Source: a virus (lineage: Duplodnaviria > Caudoviricetes). Taken from it: a stretch of DNA of 36,126 nt. The stretch covers positions 1-36,126 of the IMG/VR virus record IMGVR_UViG_3300028197_000062; one strand, written 5' to 3'. Numbering within the stretch: position 1 is the first letter of the stretch; the number at the start of each line of letters is the position of its first letter. Shown here piece after piece: positions 9,772 through 18,288 of the stretch. The notes below the pieces were generated by a model. The model made no database searches. It was given only the letters and a program-made list of their open reading frames with translations, and had not been told where the DNA came from. Made by a program: the position numbers and the translations under genes.

Positions 9772-10464
9772 TTAACCTATTCCCACGCCATCGTCAGCGG
9801 GTGGTTCAGCAAATCCGCCCACAACTGGTTCCTCTGGGAACTTAATCATGTGTGCCGGATACTCATCTGATTCACCTTTTTTCCATGTAGTTGGAATGTC
9901 TCTTAATTTTTGTCTAAAGTCAATCCAAGGTTGCTTAATAGCATCTGGCATATCACTAGCAACTTTTGAATCTGTAGTATCTAATCTATCATTTCTAAGT
10001 TGTGTAATTGTTGCCCAAGTCTGCCAAGGTTGCTTCCAAGTAAGTGTCCAATTTCCTGATGCTAAATCATGAGTAGAAAGTGTTCTCTCATAAGCGTGAT
10101 CTGGATATGGTGGCCACGGATTTTGATAGTTTCCATAACCTGTTGGTAAAGCAACTGTAACCTGTGATTGCGTTAGTGTTATTGTGTGTGGTAAAAATAT
10201 AGCACACATTAAAGTATCAGCACCTGCACAATCAAGTTCTACAATACGTTCACCATCTGGTGCTGTATCGGTACTTGGATTGTAATGAAAATCTTCATCA
10301 GGTGGTTGCTGAGCCTCTGTATTCTTATTAGTCGTTTCGTCAACAAACACATACAGTCTATCTGGACCTGTATAAGTTGCTGTCGCTGTATCTCCGTTCG
10401 AGTTTGTTTGAGCCAAATACTCGTCGGGGATATCATATGTAAATGTTTTTGTAATTTCAGCCAT
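9772..10464 (-). CDS. Phage tail-assembly-chaperone-like protein
   Basis: WATITQLRNDRLDTTD...DMP....PW.DFRQKLRDIP motif; located between the Cys-rich genes. Confidence 0.65.
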   Translation of the reverse strand: MAEITKTFTYDIPDEYLAQTNSNGDTATATYTGPDRLYVFVDETTNKNTEAQQPPDEDFHYNPSTDTAPDGERIVELDCAGADTLMCAIFLPHTITLTQSQVTVALPTGYGNYQNPWPPYPDHAYERTLSTHDLASGNWTLTWKQPWQTWATITQLRNDRLDTTDSKVASDMPDAIKQPWIDFRQKLRDIPTTWKKGESDEYPAHMIKFPEEPVVGGFAEPPADDGVGIG

Positions 10465-10481
10465 TTTAGTTCTCTTCCTTT

Positions 10482-10489
10482 GTATTTAG
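10482..10489 (-). promoter_or_regulatory. Late promoter variant CTAAATAC
   Basis: In the gap upstream of 9772..10464. Confidence 0.55.
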
Positions 10490-10493
10490 CATA

Positions 10494-11231
10494 TTAACTG
10501 TATGATACTTTGACCATACCTCCTGAGCCCCAATGACCCCAACAGCAACCACCACATGATGTTCCGTTAAAGCCTGCGTCTCCTGGGTATGGTTGAGCAC
10601 ATCCCCATCCACAACCTGAACACGTCATCGGCTTACCGCAGTAATCTTTGCCGTGTCTTGTTTGTCCACCTTTTGGCGGTCCACTTACATAGTCCCACAT
10701 CTGGTTGTGACAGTATTGTGTTTGAAGTGGTTGGTTTCTAGAGTGTCCTAATTTAAAGTCACCTTGTGTTCCTCCTGAAATACAAGAACAACCAAAGCAA
10801 CAGTTGTAGGCATAGTGAGCATGACAGTTTGTTCTTCCTGTACATCCACCTCTAGCACACGCTGTTGATATACCTGAACCACTTACATATGAAGTTGATC
10901 CATCATATCCCAAACAATCTCTTTCGCAACAGTTTCCGTTTCCTGCCGCACAAATCGTAAATTGACATCCAGCTACTGTGGCGTGTGATCTAATCGCATA
11001 CGAACCGCCGCCCGCGTTTTGACTAGAGTACATACAGCAACAAGCCCCGGCTCCTGCCGCGCCTGCTCCCCATAACTCAAATGTAGCATTTTTTATGCCA
11101 GTTGGCACAGTCCATAGACAACAGCATCCGCCGTTGTTAATACCTCTATCGTTATTGTAAACATAGAAATATTTCGTAGGTACTGACGACCCTTCTACGG
11201 AATCTGACATTAAAGTTCTGAGATTTGCCAT
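10494..11231 (-). CDS. Cys-rich, Gly-rich putative tail-fibre/virion protein (paralog 3)
   Basis: About 26 Cys in 245 aa, with GCCCLWTVP.G...ATFELWGAGA.GAG.CCC and C-terminal GGCCWG..GSGGMVKVSY. Confidence 0.65.
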   Translation of the reverse strand: MANLRTLMSDSVEGSSVPTKYFYVYNNDRGINNGGCCCLWTVPTGIKNATFELWGAGAAGAGACCCMYSSQNAGGGSYAIRSHATVAGCQFTICAAGNGNCCERDCLGYDGSTSYVSGSGISTACARGGCTGRTNCHAHYAYNCCFGCSCISGGTQGDFKLGHSRNQPLQTQYCHNQMWDYVSGPPKGGQTRHGKDYCGKPMTCSGCGWGCAQPYPGDAGFNGTSCGGCCWGHWGSGGMVKVSYS

Positions 11232-11253
11232 TTGTAAATTCTCCTCTTATTTC

Positions 11254-11586
11254 TTACGTTCCACTAATAATCCAACCATAAGTTGAACCAGTGTAAATCA
11301 ATGTTACAGCAATATTGTTAATATCTAGCGTCAAATCCTCACTTAAATTCTGAATCTTTGCTCCGTTTCTGCCCATAGTAACATTATTTGTATTAAAGTT
11401 ACCTGTGACATCTACGATTTGGACTACATCATTAACAAGCAACGAACTTGATACTGGAAGAGTAATTGTAAATCCTCCTCCTGATGAGTTAGCAAGGATA
11501 CGATCATTAACTGTGGCGGTGTACGTAGTAGATATGTTTCTTATAACACTACTTGCAGTTCCAGTTGTTGATATATATCTTCCCAT
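11254..11586 (-). CDS. Small tail-fibre-repeat protein
   Basis: YTA..NDRI.ANSSGG.FTITLP.....D.VQI.D..G.F.TNNVT..RNG.KI...SEDL.LD...L.Y.....GW, a repeat type seen in T4-like proximal tail fibres. Confidence 0.6.
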   Translation of the reverse strand: MGRYISTTGTASSVIRNISTTYTATVNDRILANSSGGGFTITLPVSSSLLVNDVVQIVDVTGNFNTNNVTMGRNGAKIQNLSEDLTLDINNIAVTLIYTGSTYGWIISGT

Positions 11587-11602
11587 TTTATCTTCCTTTT
11601 AT

Positions 11603-11611
11603 GTATTTATC
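11603..11611 (-). promoter_or_regulatory. T4-like late promoter GATAAATAC
   Basis: Upstream of 11254..11586. Confidence 0.7.
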
Positions 11612-11931
11612 TATGCTGTTGATGTTTCAATGCCCATCGCTACAGCACTTACGTTAGCGGCACTACTATAAACAACAAGTATTTGCCCTGCCGCCATTGC
11701 AATACCTGATCTTTCTAATACCCCTTTGGGTAAAAGCTCTACGTCGAATTCAATGAATTCGCTTGTTGCGGGTGTTCCCGCACTTGCTACTGCTACACGG
11801 ATCGATACAGCGGCATTACCTCTATTACAAACCGATAATGTAGCTATACTAAAATTGTTAGCTGGTACCGTGTAAAGAGAAGTATTAGTAGCCGCTACTA
11901 AATCTGCGTGTCCTAGTCTTCCTGTGGCCAT
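11611..11931 (-). CDS. Small beta-rich virion protein (family shared with 24011..24340 and 28177..28509)
   Basis: 106 aa; YTVP......L.VCN....IRVAV ... L..G..L.V ... G.E pattern shared by the three paralogs; GGAG RBS. Confidence 0.6.
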   Translation of the reverse strand: MATGRLGHADLVAATNTSLYTVPANNFSIATLSVCNRGNAAVSIRVAVASAGTPATSEFIEFDVELLPKGVLERSGIAMAAGQILVVYSSAANVSAVAMGIETSTA

Positions 11932-11943
11932 ATTGTTTCTCCT

Positions 11944-14900
11944 TTAACTCAATATAAATTGTTGCATCGCTACAGGTGATCCACTAACTCCACCTGTAAA
12001 GTTCATTGTTGCAGTTATATTTAGCGGAACCGCTGTCGTTGTTGTAATAGTGTTCCCGCTAATATGAACTACTCCTGCTGTAACTGTATTTACGTTCAAT
12101 TCTGAAGCACCGCCACCAATTTGGGAGGTAATATATGTTTTAATTGCCTTCTGTGTTGGCACAATGCTATCACTGTTTGCTGTAAATGTTCCATCAGTAC
12201 TAAATTCGTTAATTGTAGCACCTGTTCCACCTAATGCAACAGATCCTAGTTGTAATTCTTGTAATCCTGATATACTAAATGCATCAGCATTTAGAGTGGC
12301 AATACCAGTTGCCTGTTCAACGTTGAACAATCCACCAACTCTAAAGTTACCATCTTGGTCAGTTGACGTAAAGAATACTCTTCCGCCGCCGCCTACTACT
12401 GCTTCATCGTTTGAATCAGCTGGTATAGTTGGTGTTCCAGGATAATTTGTTGTAGTAAATCCACCTGTACCAATATCTAGGAAGTCATGTCCTGTTAAAC
12501 GTACCTGTGAATATCTAATTCTCATTGTTACTTTTGTACCATGTGCTACTGCATTATCAATTTCTTGATTTGGTGAAATTTGTAATAGTGCCGCATATGG
12601 TCCTGAACCTGTTAAGTTAGTTACACTAACAAGTTTAAAGTATACGTTTGACAATCCTGCAAGTTCTACGTTAGCACCTGGTTGTGGAATACTTAACATA
12701 CTTTCAACTTGTAAATATTTTCCAGATTGTTTCTGATCTCTGTAACCAGCACTATGAACTATCTTACCACCTGAACTATAAGTTGTTCCTGTAGTTAATA
12801 CTGCTGGGAATAACAAGTCTTTATCAATATAAAGTTGTAAGGTGTTTGCATCAATAACTTTAATATAATAGTTATTTGAGTTAATCTGTGTAGTACCTGC
12901 AACCTCTTTAATTGAAATTTTAGTTCTCTCTAGTAAGTTGTGTGTTGTAACTGTTAAGTTAACAACGCCTGTACCACCGTTAGTTGGAAGTGCACCAAGT
13001 CCGTTATTAATTACTTCTGTAATAATAGCAAATAATTCTACAACCTTAGTCTGTGCCGCCGCTTCACCGTTGTTACTGTTTGTAGTCTGTGAAGTTGTTG
13101 ACTGTAAAGAACTGTAAGAAGCATTATCCATTACATAATCAGTAATAATTGTTTGTGCTTGTAACAATGATAATACTGTTTGTGTTTGTTGTCCCGTTAC
13201 TTGAGATTGTGTTCCAATCCAATAAGCCTTAGCCGCTTTAATTGTTTCTCTAGTTCCACCAAACTTAATATCATGTAACATAGCGTCAATGATCAGTTTG
13301 GTATCTCTTTCACACTTGGCTGAATCATAAATAAATCCACCCCAAGTTGTTGAAGTTGTTTCTGTTGCAATCTTATTGTTAATCCAAGCTACTGTTTCAT
13401 CTGCAATATATTCTTTGTTTGCAGTTAACAATGTTTCTGCATAAGGATTAGCAGTAAAGCTAACGCCTGTGATGTCTGCTTCTGTTCCTACATCTTCAAC
13501 AGTTACTGATAATGCAGTATAACCTGTACCTCTTGAAGTCATTGCTGGTTGACCTAATACACCGTCACCAATGAATACTTCTAGCGGAGCATCTGCTGTG
13601 TTGTTTGGATCTGTAAATGTTACTGATGGAGCAGTTGTGTAAGAAGCACCTGGGTGTATAATTCTTACTTCACTAATTTTTCCAGATGAAACTTTTGCTC
13701 TACATAATGCTGTAGCTACTGCTGTTGATCCATCATTTCCTGGAGAACCTACAACCACTCTTGGTTCAACACTATAAACTGTTGTGTTGTCTAATGCAGT
13801 TTCAAGACTTCTACCACTTACAATTTGTTCCCAACCTGCTGTATTGTCTGAATATTTTTTAACTGTAGCAACTTTAGTACCTGCGTTGTATGTATCAATG
13901 TAAGCATACTGCCCAGCACCTTTACCACCTGTAATGAATATTGCCATTCCAACATACGCGGCACTTAGAGCTACATCAGTGTTGGATAATGTAATACTTG
14001 TGCTATCACCTGTCTGTGGAGTATTTGTTGCAGTCTTATAATCAGCACCACCAAATGTTGTTGTGTCACCGGTCATTCTAACTTCCATAACACCACCAGT
14101 ATTAATTGTTGGAGTTAATCCTGTTACACCGTAACCGTCTCCACTTAAACTAATTGTTGTTGTAGCAACGTTATAATCTCTTCCAGCGTTAGTATATTCT
14201 ATTGCAACAATTTCGTTGTTGTCTGTTATCGCGGCACCTACTAGTGCATCAAATGATCTGTTATCAACAAATGCTTCAATTGGAGTTTCAGTTAAATCAA
14301 TACCTTCAGCTACAGTACCAAAGTCACCGTATGAGCTGTTACCGTTGGTAGCACGTATTTTACCGCCGTTTTCTGCAAGGTATCCAATGTGTCCGTAGTA
14401 TGAGAACACGGAAACAAGCTCAGCTCTTCCTAAGTTTGTAACCCATGCACCAATTCCTTGGTCAAGTATCTGTGTAAAGTCGTTAGCAACAATTGAATCG
14501 TTACCACCTGCGTGTAAATCACCATCAACTTTCATTCCAATACATTTTGTACCAAAAGTTGTTACGTTTTGCACATATGGTGAACGTGTTGATATCCAAG
14601 CTCTTGTATCTGCTGGTCCCCAACTTGGGTTAAGTGAAACAAAAGCACCCGCTGACGGACGTTTAGTTCCATATGCGTTTGCACTACCTAATGTTCCTGT
14701 TAATCCTTTAACAGTACAATTTCTTAAACCAGTACCGTTTTCCATATAGAACATATCTTCTGTAGCAGATCCCATAACTGCGTTTACTAGGTATCTTGCT
14801 GACATAACTGACATATAGTTTCCAAAGTTTTCTATATCATAAAGTATTGCTTCTATGTAACGTTTTAAATCATCTCTACATTTTGCATCATGAGTTGAAC

Positions 14901-17900
14901 CATAAATTGCTTCTTTCTCCATGTACATTTTTGTATTGTTTGCTTTAATATATTCTTGACCTTCATACATTAAGTATTCTAGGTTAGCATAAATTCTTCC
15001 TCTAGCATAAACATCACCTGCTCTAGCATTTGTTGTAGTCTGTCCTGTTACAACAACATCTGTACCTACACCGTTTACACCAAAGTCAATTTTAGCACTA
15101 ATGTCATCAATTAAATTAGTTGTAGTTGTAACTGATGTAGCATCACCTGCCGGATTTCCTGTGTTTTGTGTTTTTATATTACCTGCGGCAATTTCTGAAA
15201 CGTCAAATGTAAAGTTTGCACCGCCTCCATTACCTAGTACTGAGTCAGCAACTGTAATTGTATCATTAACTACGTGTCCTGATCCACCTGTAACTATGTC
15301 TACAGTTGTAACAGTTCCGCCAGCGCCAACAGTAATGTTAAATGTTCCTACTGTACCTGAACCTGCACTTGCACCTGCAACACCGTTGTAAGTTCCTGCT
15401 GTTCTACTTGCATCTGCGGCACCAAACGTGTCAACTTTAACCATTGCACCTGCTGGTGTTTTTGTAATTGCATTATTTAGAATTAGGTCACTCATTATAG
15501 CTTTTAATCTTACCATTGAAGCTAGTGTAAGTGTAGCATCATTGGCTAACGTAGTACCTGTTGGGTATATACTAATTTCTGTTGAACGTAATTCGTCTCC
15601 AACTACAGCACAATCTGCCGGTACAACCATTGGACATACTTCTGTGTACTGTCCTGTTTTAACAAACAATGTTGTGTTTGGTTTTACCTTTTTGTTTAAT
15701 CCTGTTAAATTACCTGCTGTAATAACTTCTGTAATAGTTTCAATTAATGCTGTAACTATTGTAGTATTTCCAGACTCTGGAATTGACGATGAAGTATATT
15801 GTAAAACTACATTTGACGCAGAGTTTAATGCTTGATAGTTAGTTGTAACTGTCAAGTTCTGTATAATTCTTTGCATCATTGTGTTTGCGTAGTTAATAAC
15901 TTCTACTGTATTTGCTTCTTGTCCTGCAACATAACTAGCACCGGCTGTACTAAAGTATGACTGTGCCATTTCTCTAGTGCGTTCGTTACCACCATGTCTT
16001 AGATCCCAAATAATTGCATCAACAATTAATCCTGTGTCTCTTTGACATTTTGCATTGTCAAAACTGAAGCTATTCCAAATACCACTACCACCTGCGTTTG
16101 CAATTTGGTAAGCTGGATATTCTTTACCTGCTTCAACTTGTATAAACTGTTTATTTCTAGTTAATATATCTGCTACGATTGGATTTCTAGGACCAAATCT
16201 AATTTCACGTAGTGCGTGTCTAATTGTTTTCCAAGGTTTGTCAATAGTAACACCATATGTTGGTGCCGCTTTATCTTTACCGCCTTTACCTACATAGTAA
16301 ACTTGATCAATCTGTCCAAAGTAACTCCATTCAGGAGCATTTGCAGAATCGTTAACTTTAAGTACTTGTCCTTCAACCCCAACCGGTAATCTAGTTGGAC
16401 CTGATCCGCCGTAGTAAACTAAATCACCAGCAGTTGTTAAGTTGCCTGATTCAGCTCCACCTGATAATAATTTCCATTCGCTACCATCTACATCTTGATC
16501 TGGTCTGTTTTGTACAGAAACTTGATCTGATGTATGTGCAGTAACACAAATATATGAGTTAACATTGTTAATACCTCTAACAGCATCACCTACGTCATAG
16601 TAGGTTGCGTTAGCCCAACTGTCTCTCCAGTTAATACCTTCGTTAAGTTTTTCCCAGTAGCTTAAATTTGGTGGTCTGTTACCTGTTGTATCTGCAATAG
16701 CAAGATAAGTGTAACCACCAACTCTAACAACGTCGCCTGCTTTGTAGACTGTGTTGAAAGATAAAGCAACATCGTTAGTTAAACTTTGTGCTGAACTTAA
16801 TACTAAATTATTTTGATCTGTAACTGTTGCTACTGTAACTGTTCCGGTAATACCTGTTCCAGTTACTACCATTCCTTGAACAATAGTTCCAACGTTTGTG
16901 TCAAGTACTAGTGCAGTTGAACTTGAAGTTGTGCCGTTGACTGCCGCTGTAGCAGTTGTATAGTCACCTTTTAAACTAAATCCTGTTGTAAATAAATCCC
17001 AAGTACCTGCGTTACCATAAGGAGTAATACCTGTATGATTTGCTTTTGCAATATAAGAGTAACCACCGTATGTTACAAAGTCACCTGGTTGATAAGCAGT
17101 TGTACTATTCCAACTGTCTTCGAATTCTAATCCTGGAACAAATTGTGTCCAGTTTGTTGTTTGTGTTATTGTTGCAATCGTAAATGTAATTGCTGTACCA
17201 GTTCCACCAATGAAACCTGGGTTTACTGTAATAACATCTGTTGCACTATGTCCTGATCCACCATGTACAATAGTAACTGCCGCGTTACCTGAAACATCAA
17301 TGGTAATGTTAAATGATTGTCCTGTACCTGACCCTGCACTTGCTCCGGTTATATCGTTATATGTACCTGCTGTTCTGTCCGAGTCTGCCGCTGATATACT
17401 TCCTACTGTTGCCGCAACTCCTGTTACTGCATTGTCTGTTGCTAAATCTGTTCCACCTGATGTATGATGTCTTGTTGCAATCCATAAACCGCCGCCATAC
17501 TTAACAACATCATTAACTTTATATCTTGTTGCTGTTGTGTGTACTGATTTATAATCAATACCTTTGTGTGCGTAATCCCATTTAGTTTGATCGGCTTCTA
17601 AACCTAAAGTTACTGTTGCTGATGATAAGTGTCCTTCATTACAAACATAAAGTTGTCCACCATATCTTGCTGTATCACCTTTTCTATATTTTGTAACCGG
17701 TGCCCAATCAGCCTTCCAATCAAATCCTGTTGCAAAGATATCCCATTTGCTTTGATCTGCTTCGAGTCCATCTGCGTCTGATGAAAAACTGCTTGAAGAT
17801 GTATGAGCTGTTGTACAAAGATAAACTGTTGAACCGTACTTAACTAAATCGTTAACTTTATATATTGATGCAACTGTCCACAGATTTTTCCAATCAAAGC

Positions 17901-18255
17901 CTTCTGCAAATAAATCCCATTTAGCTTGATCTGTTTCTAGCTTACCGTTAGTTGCTCCATCGACTTCAGCTGTGTGAGCCGTGTTAGCAACATAAACGTA
18001 ACCACCATACTTAACAATATCATTCTGTTTGTAGTAAGTACCTGCTACCCAGTCACCCTGCCATGATTGGCCGTCACTGAATAAGTTCCATTTGCCGGCT
18101 TCGTCGGTAGTAAACAATGTTGAAGCTGTATGACCAACTGCACAATAGTATGTTCTACCACCGTGTCTGATGATATCGTCTTTATAATATGTAGTGGCCG
18201 CCGCCCAGGCGCCCTTCCATACAAATCTAATTCTACCTAGTTTAAACTCAGCCAT
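11944..18255 (-). CDS. Giant modular virion/tail-fibre adhesin, 2103 aa
   Basis: N-terminal tandem CBM5/12-like repeats (W...T.Y..GD.V.YGG..Y.C...H.S) and a beta-helix-like entry (VYYV...G.D...P.KTI..A; VP....VVGDELRST). It has three helical KC.RD repeats and a conserved C-terminus (SQVRLTGHDFLDIGTG...STDQDGNFRVG). Confidence 0.75.
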   Translation of the reverse strand: MAEFKLGRIRFVWKGAWAAATTYYKDDIIRHGGRTYYCAVGHTASTLFTTDEAGKWNLFSDGQSWQGDWVAGTYYKQNDIVKYGGYVYVANTAHTAEVDGATNGKLETDQAKWDLFAEGFDWKNLWTVASIYKVNDLVKYGSTVYLCTTAHTSSSSFSSDADGLEADQSKWDIFATGFDWKADWAPVTKYRKGDTARYGGQLYVCNEGHLSSATVTLGLEADQTKWDYAHKGIDYKSVHTTATRYKVNDVVKYGGGLWIATRHHTSGGTDLATDNAVTGVAATVGSISAADSDRTAGTYNDITGASAGSGTGQSFNITIDVSGNAAVTIVHGGSGHSATDVITVNPGFIGGTGTAITFTIATITQTTNWTQFVPGLEFEDSWNSTTAYQPGDFVTYGGYSYIAKANHTGITPYGNAGTWDLFTTGFSLKGDYTTATAAVNGTTSSSTALVLDTNVGTIVQGMVVTGTGITGTVTVATVTDQNNLVLSSAQSLTNDVALSFNTVYKAGDVVRVGGYTYLAIADTTGNRPPNLSYWEKLNEGINWRDSWANATYYDVGDAVRGINNVNSYICVTAHTSDQVSVQNRPDQDVDGSEWKLLSGGAESGNLTTAGDLVYYGGSGPTRLPVGVEGQVLKVNDSANAPEWSYFGQIDQVYYVGKGGKDKAAPTYGVTIDKPWKTIRHALREIRFGPRNPIVADILTRNKQFIQVEAGKEYPAYQIANAGGSGIWNSFSFDNAKCQRDTGLIVDAIIWDLRHGGNERTREMAQSYFSTAGASYVAGQEANTVEVINYANTMMQRIIQNLTVTTNYQALNSASNVVLQYTSSSIPESGNTTIVTALIETITEVITAGNLTGLNKKVKPNTTLFVKTGQYTEVCPMVVPADCAVVGDELRSTEISIYPTGTTLANDATLTLASMVRLKAIMSDLILNNAITKTPAGAMVKVDTFGAADASRTAGTYNGVAGASAGSGTVGTFNITVGAGGTVTTVDIVTGGSGHVVNDTITVADSVLGNGGGANFTFDVSEIAAGNIKTQNTGNPAGDATSVTTTTNLIDDISAKIDFGVNGVGTDVVVTGQTTTNARAGDVYARGRIYANLEYLMYEGQEYIKANNTKMYMEKEAIYGSTHDAKCRDDLKRYIEAILYDIENFGNYMSVMSARYLVNAVMGSATEDMFYMENGTGLRNCTVKGLTGTLGSANAYGTKRPSAGAFVSLNPSWGPADTRAWISTRSPYVQNVTTFGTKCIGMKVDGDLHAGGNDSIVANDFTQILDQGIGAWVTNLGRAELVSVFSYYGHIGYLAENGGKIRATNGNSSYGDFGTVAEGIDLTETPIEAFVDNRSFDALVGAAITDNNEIVAIEYTNAGRDYNVATTTISLSGDGYGVTGLTPTINTGGVMEVRMTGDTTTFGGADYKTATNTPQTGDSTSITLSNTDVALSAAYVGMAIFITGGKGAGQYAYIDTYNAGTKVATVKKYSDNTAGWEQIVSGRSLETALDNTTVYSVEPRVVVGSPGNDGSTAVATALCRAKVSSGKISEVRIIHPGASYTTAPSVTFTDPNNTADAPLEVFIGDGVLGQPAMTSRGTGYTALSVTVEDVGTEADITGVSFTANPYAETLLTANKEYIADETVAWINNKIATETTSTTWGGFIYDSAKCERDTKLIIDAMLHDIKFGGTRETIKAAKAYWIGTQSQVTGQQTQTVLSLLQAQTIITDYVMDNASYSSLQSTTSQTTNSNNGEAAAQTKVVELFAIITEVINNGLGALPTNGGTGVVNLTVTTHNLLERTKISIKEVAGTTQINSNNYYIKVIDANTLQLYIDKDLLFPAVLTTGTTYSSGGKIVHSAGYRDQKQSGKYLQVESMLSIPQPGANVELAGLSNVYFKLVSVTNLTGSGPYAALLQISPNQEIDNAVAHGTKVTMRIRYSQVRLTGHDFLDIGTGGFTTTNYPGTPTIPADSNDEAVVGGGGRVFFTSTDQDGNFRVGGLFNVEQATGIATLNADAFSISGLQELQLGSVALGGTGATINEFSTDGTFTANSDSIVPTQKAIKTYITSQIGGGASELNVNTVTAGVVHISGNTITTTTAVPLNITATMNFTGGVSGSPVAMQQFILS

Positions 18256-18278
18256 TGTTTCTTAATTCCTTATTGTAT

Positions 18279-18287
18279 ATATTTATC
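18279..18287 (-). promoter_or_regulatory. T4-like late promoter GATAAATAT
   Basis: Upstream of the 2103-aa gene. Confidence 0.65.
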
Positions 18288-18288
18288 A

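Noticed and set aside
8175-11231. Selenocysteine/stop-codon recoding, or RiPP precursor identity, for the Cys-rich genes
   Set aside because: The ORFs are uninterrupted in the standard code. At about 250 aa with a Gly-rich fibre framework, they do not look like leader-core peptides.
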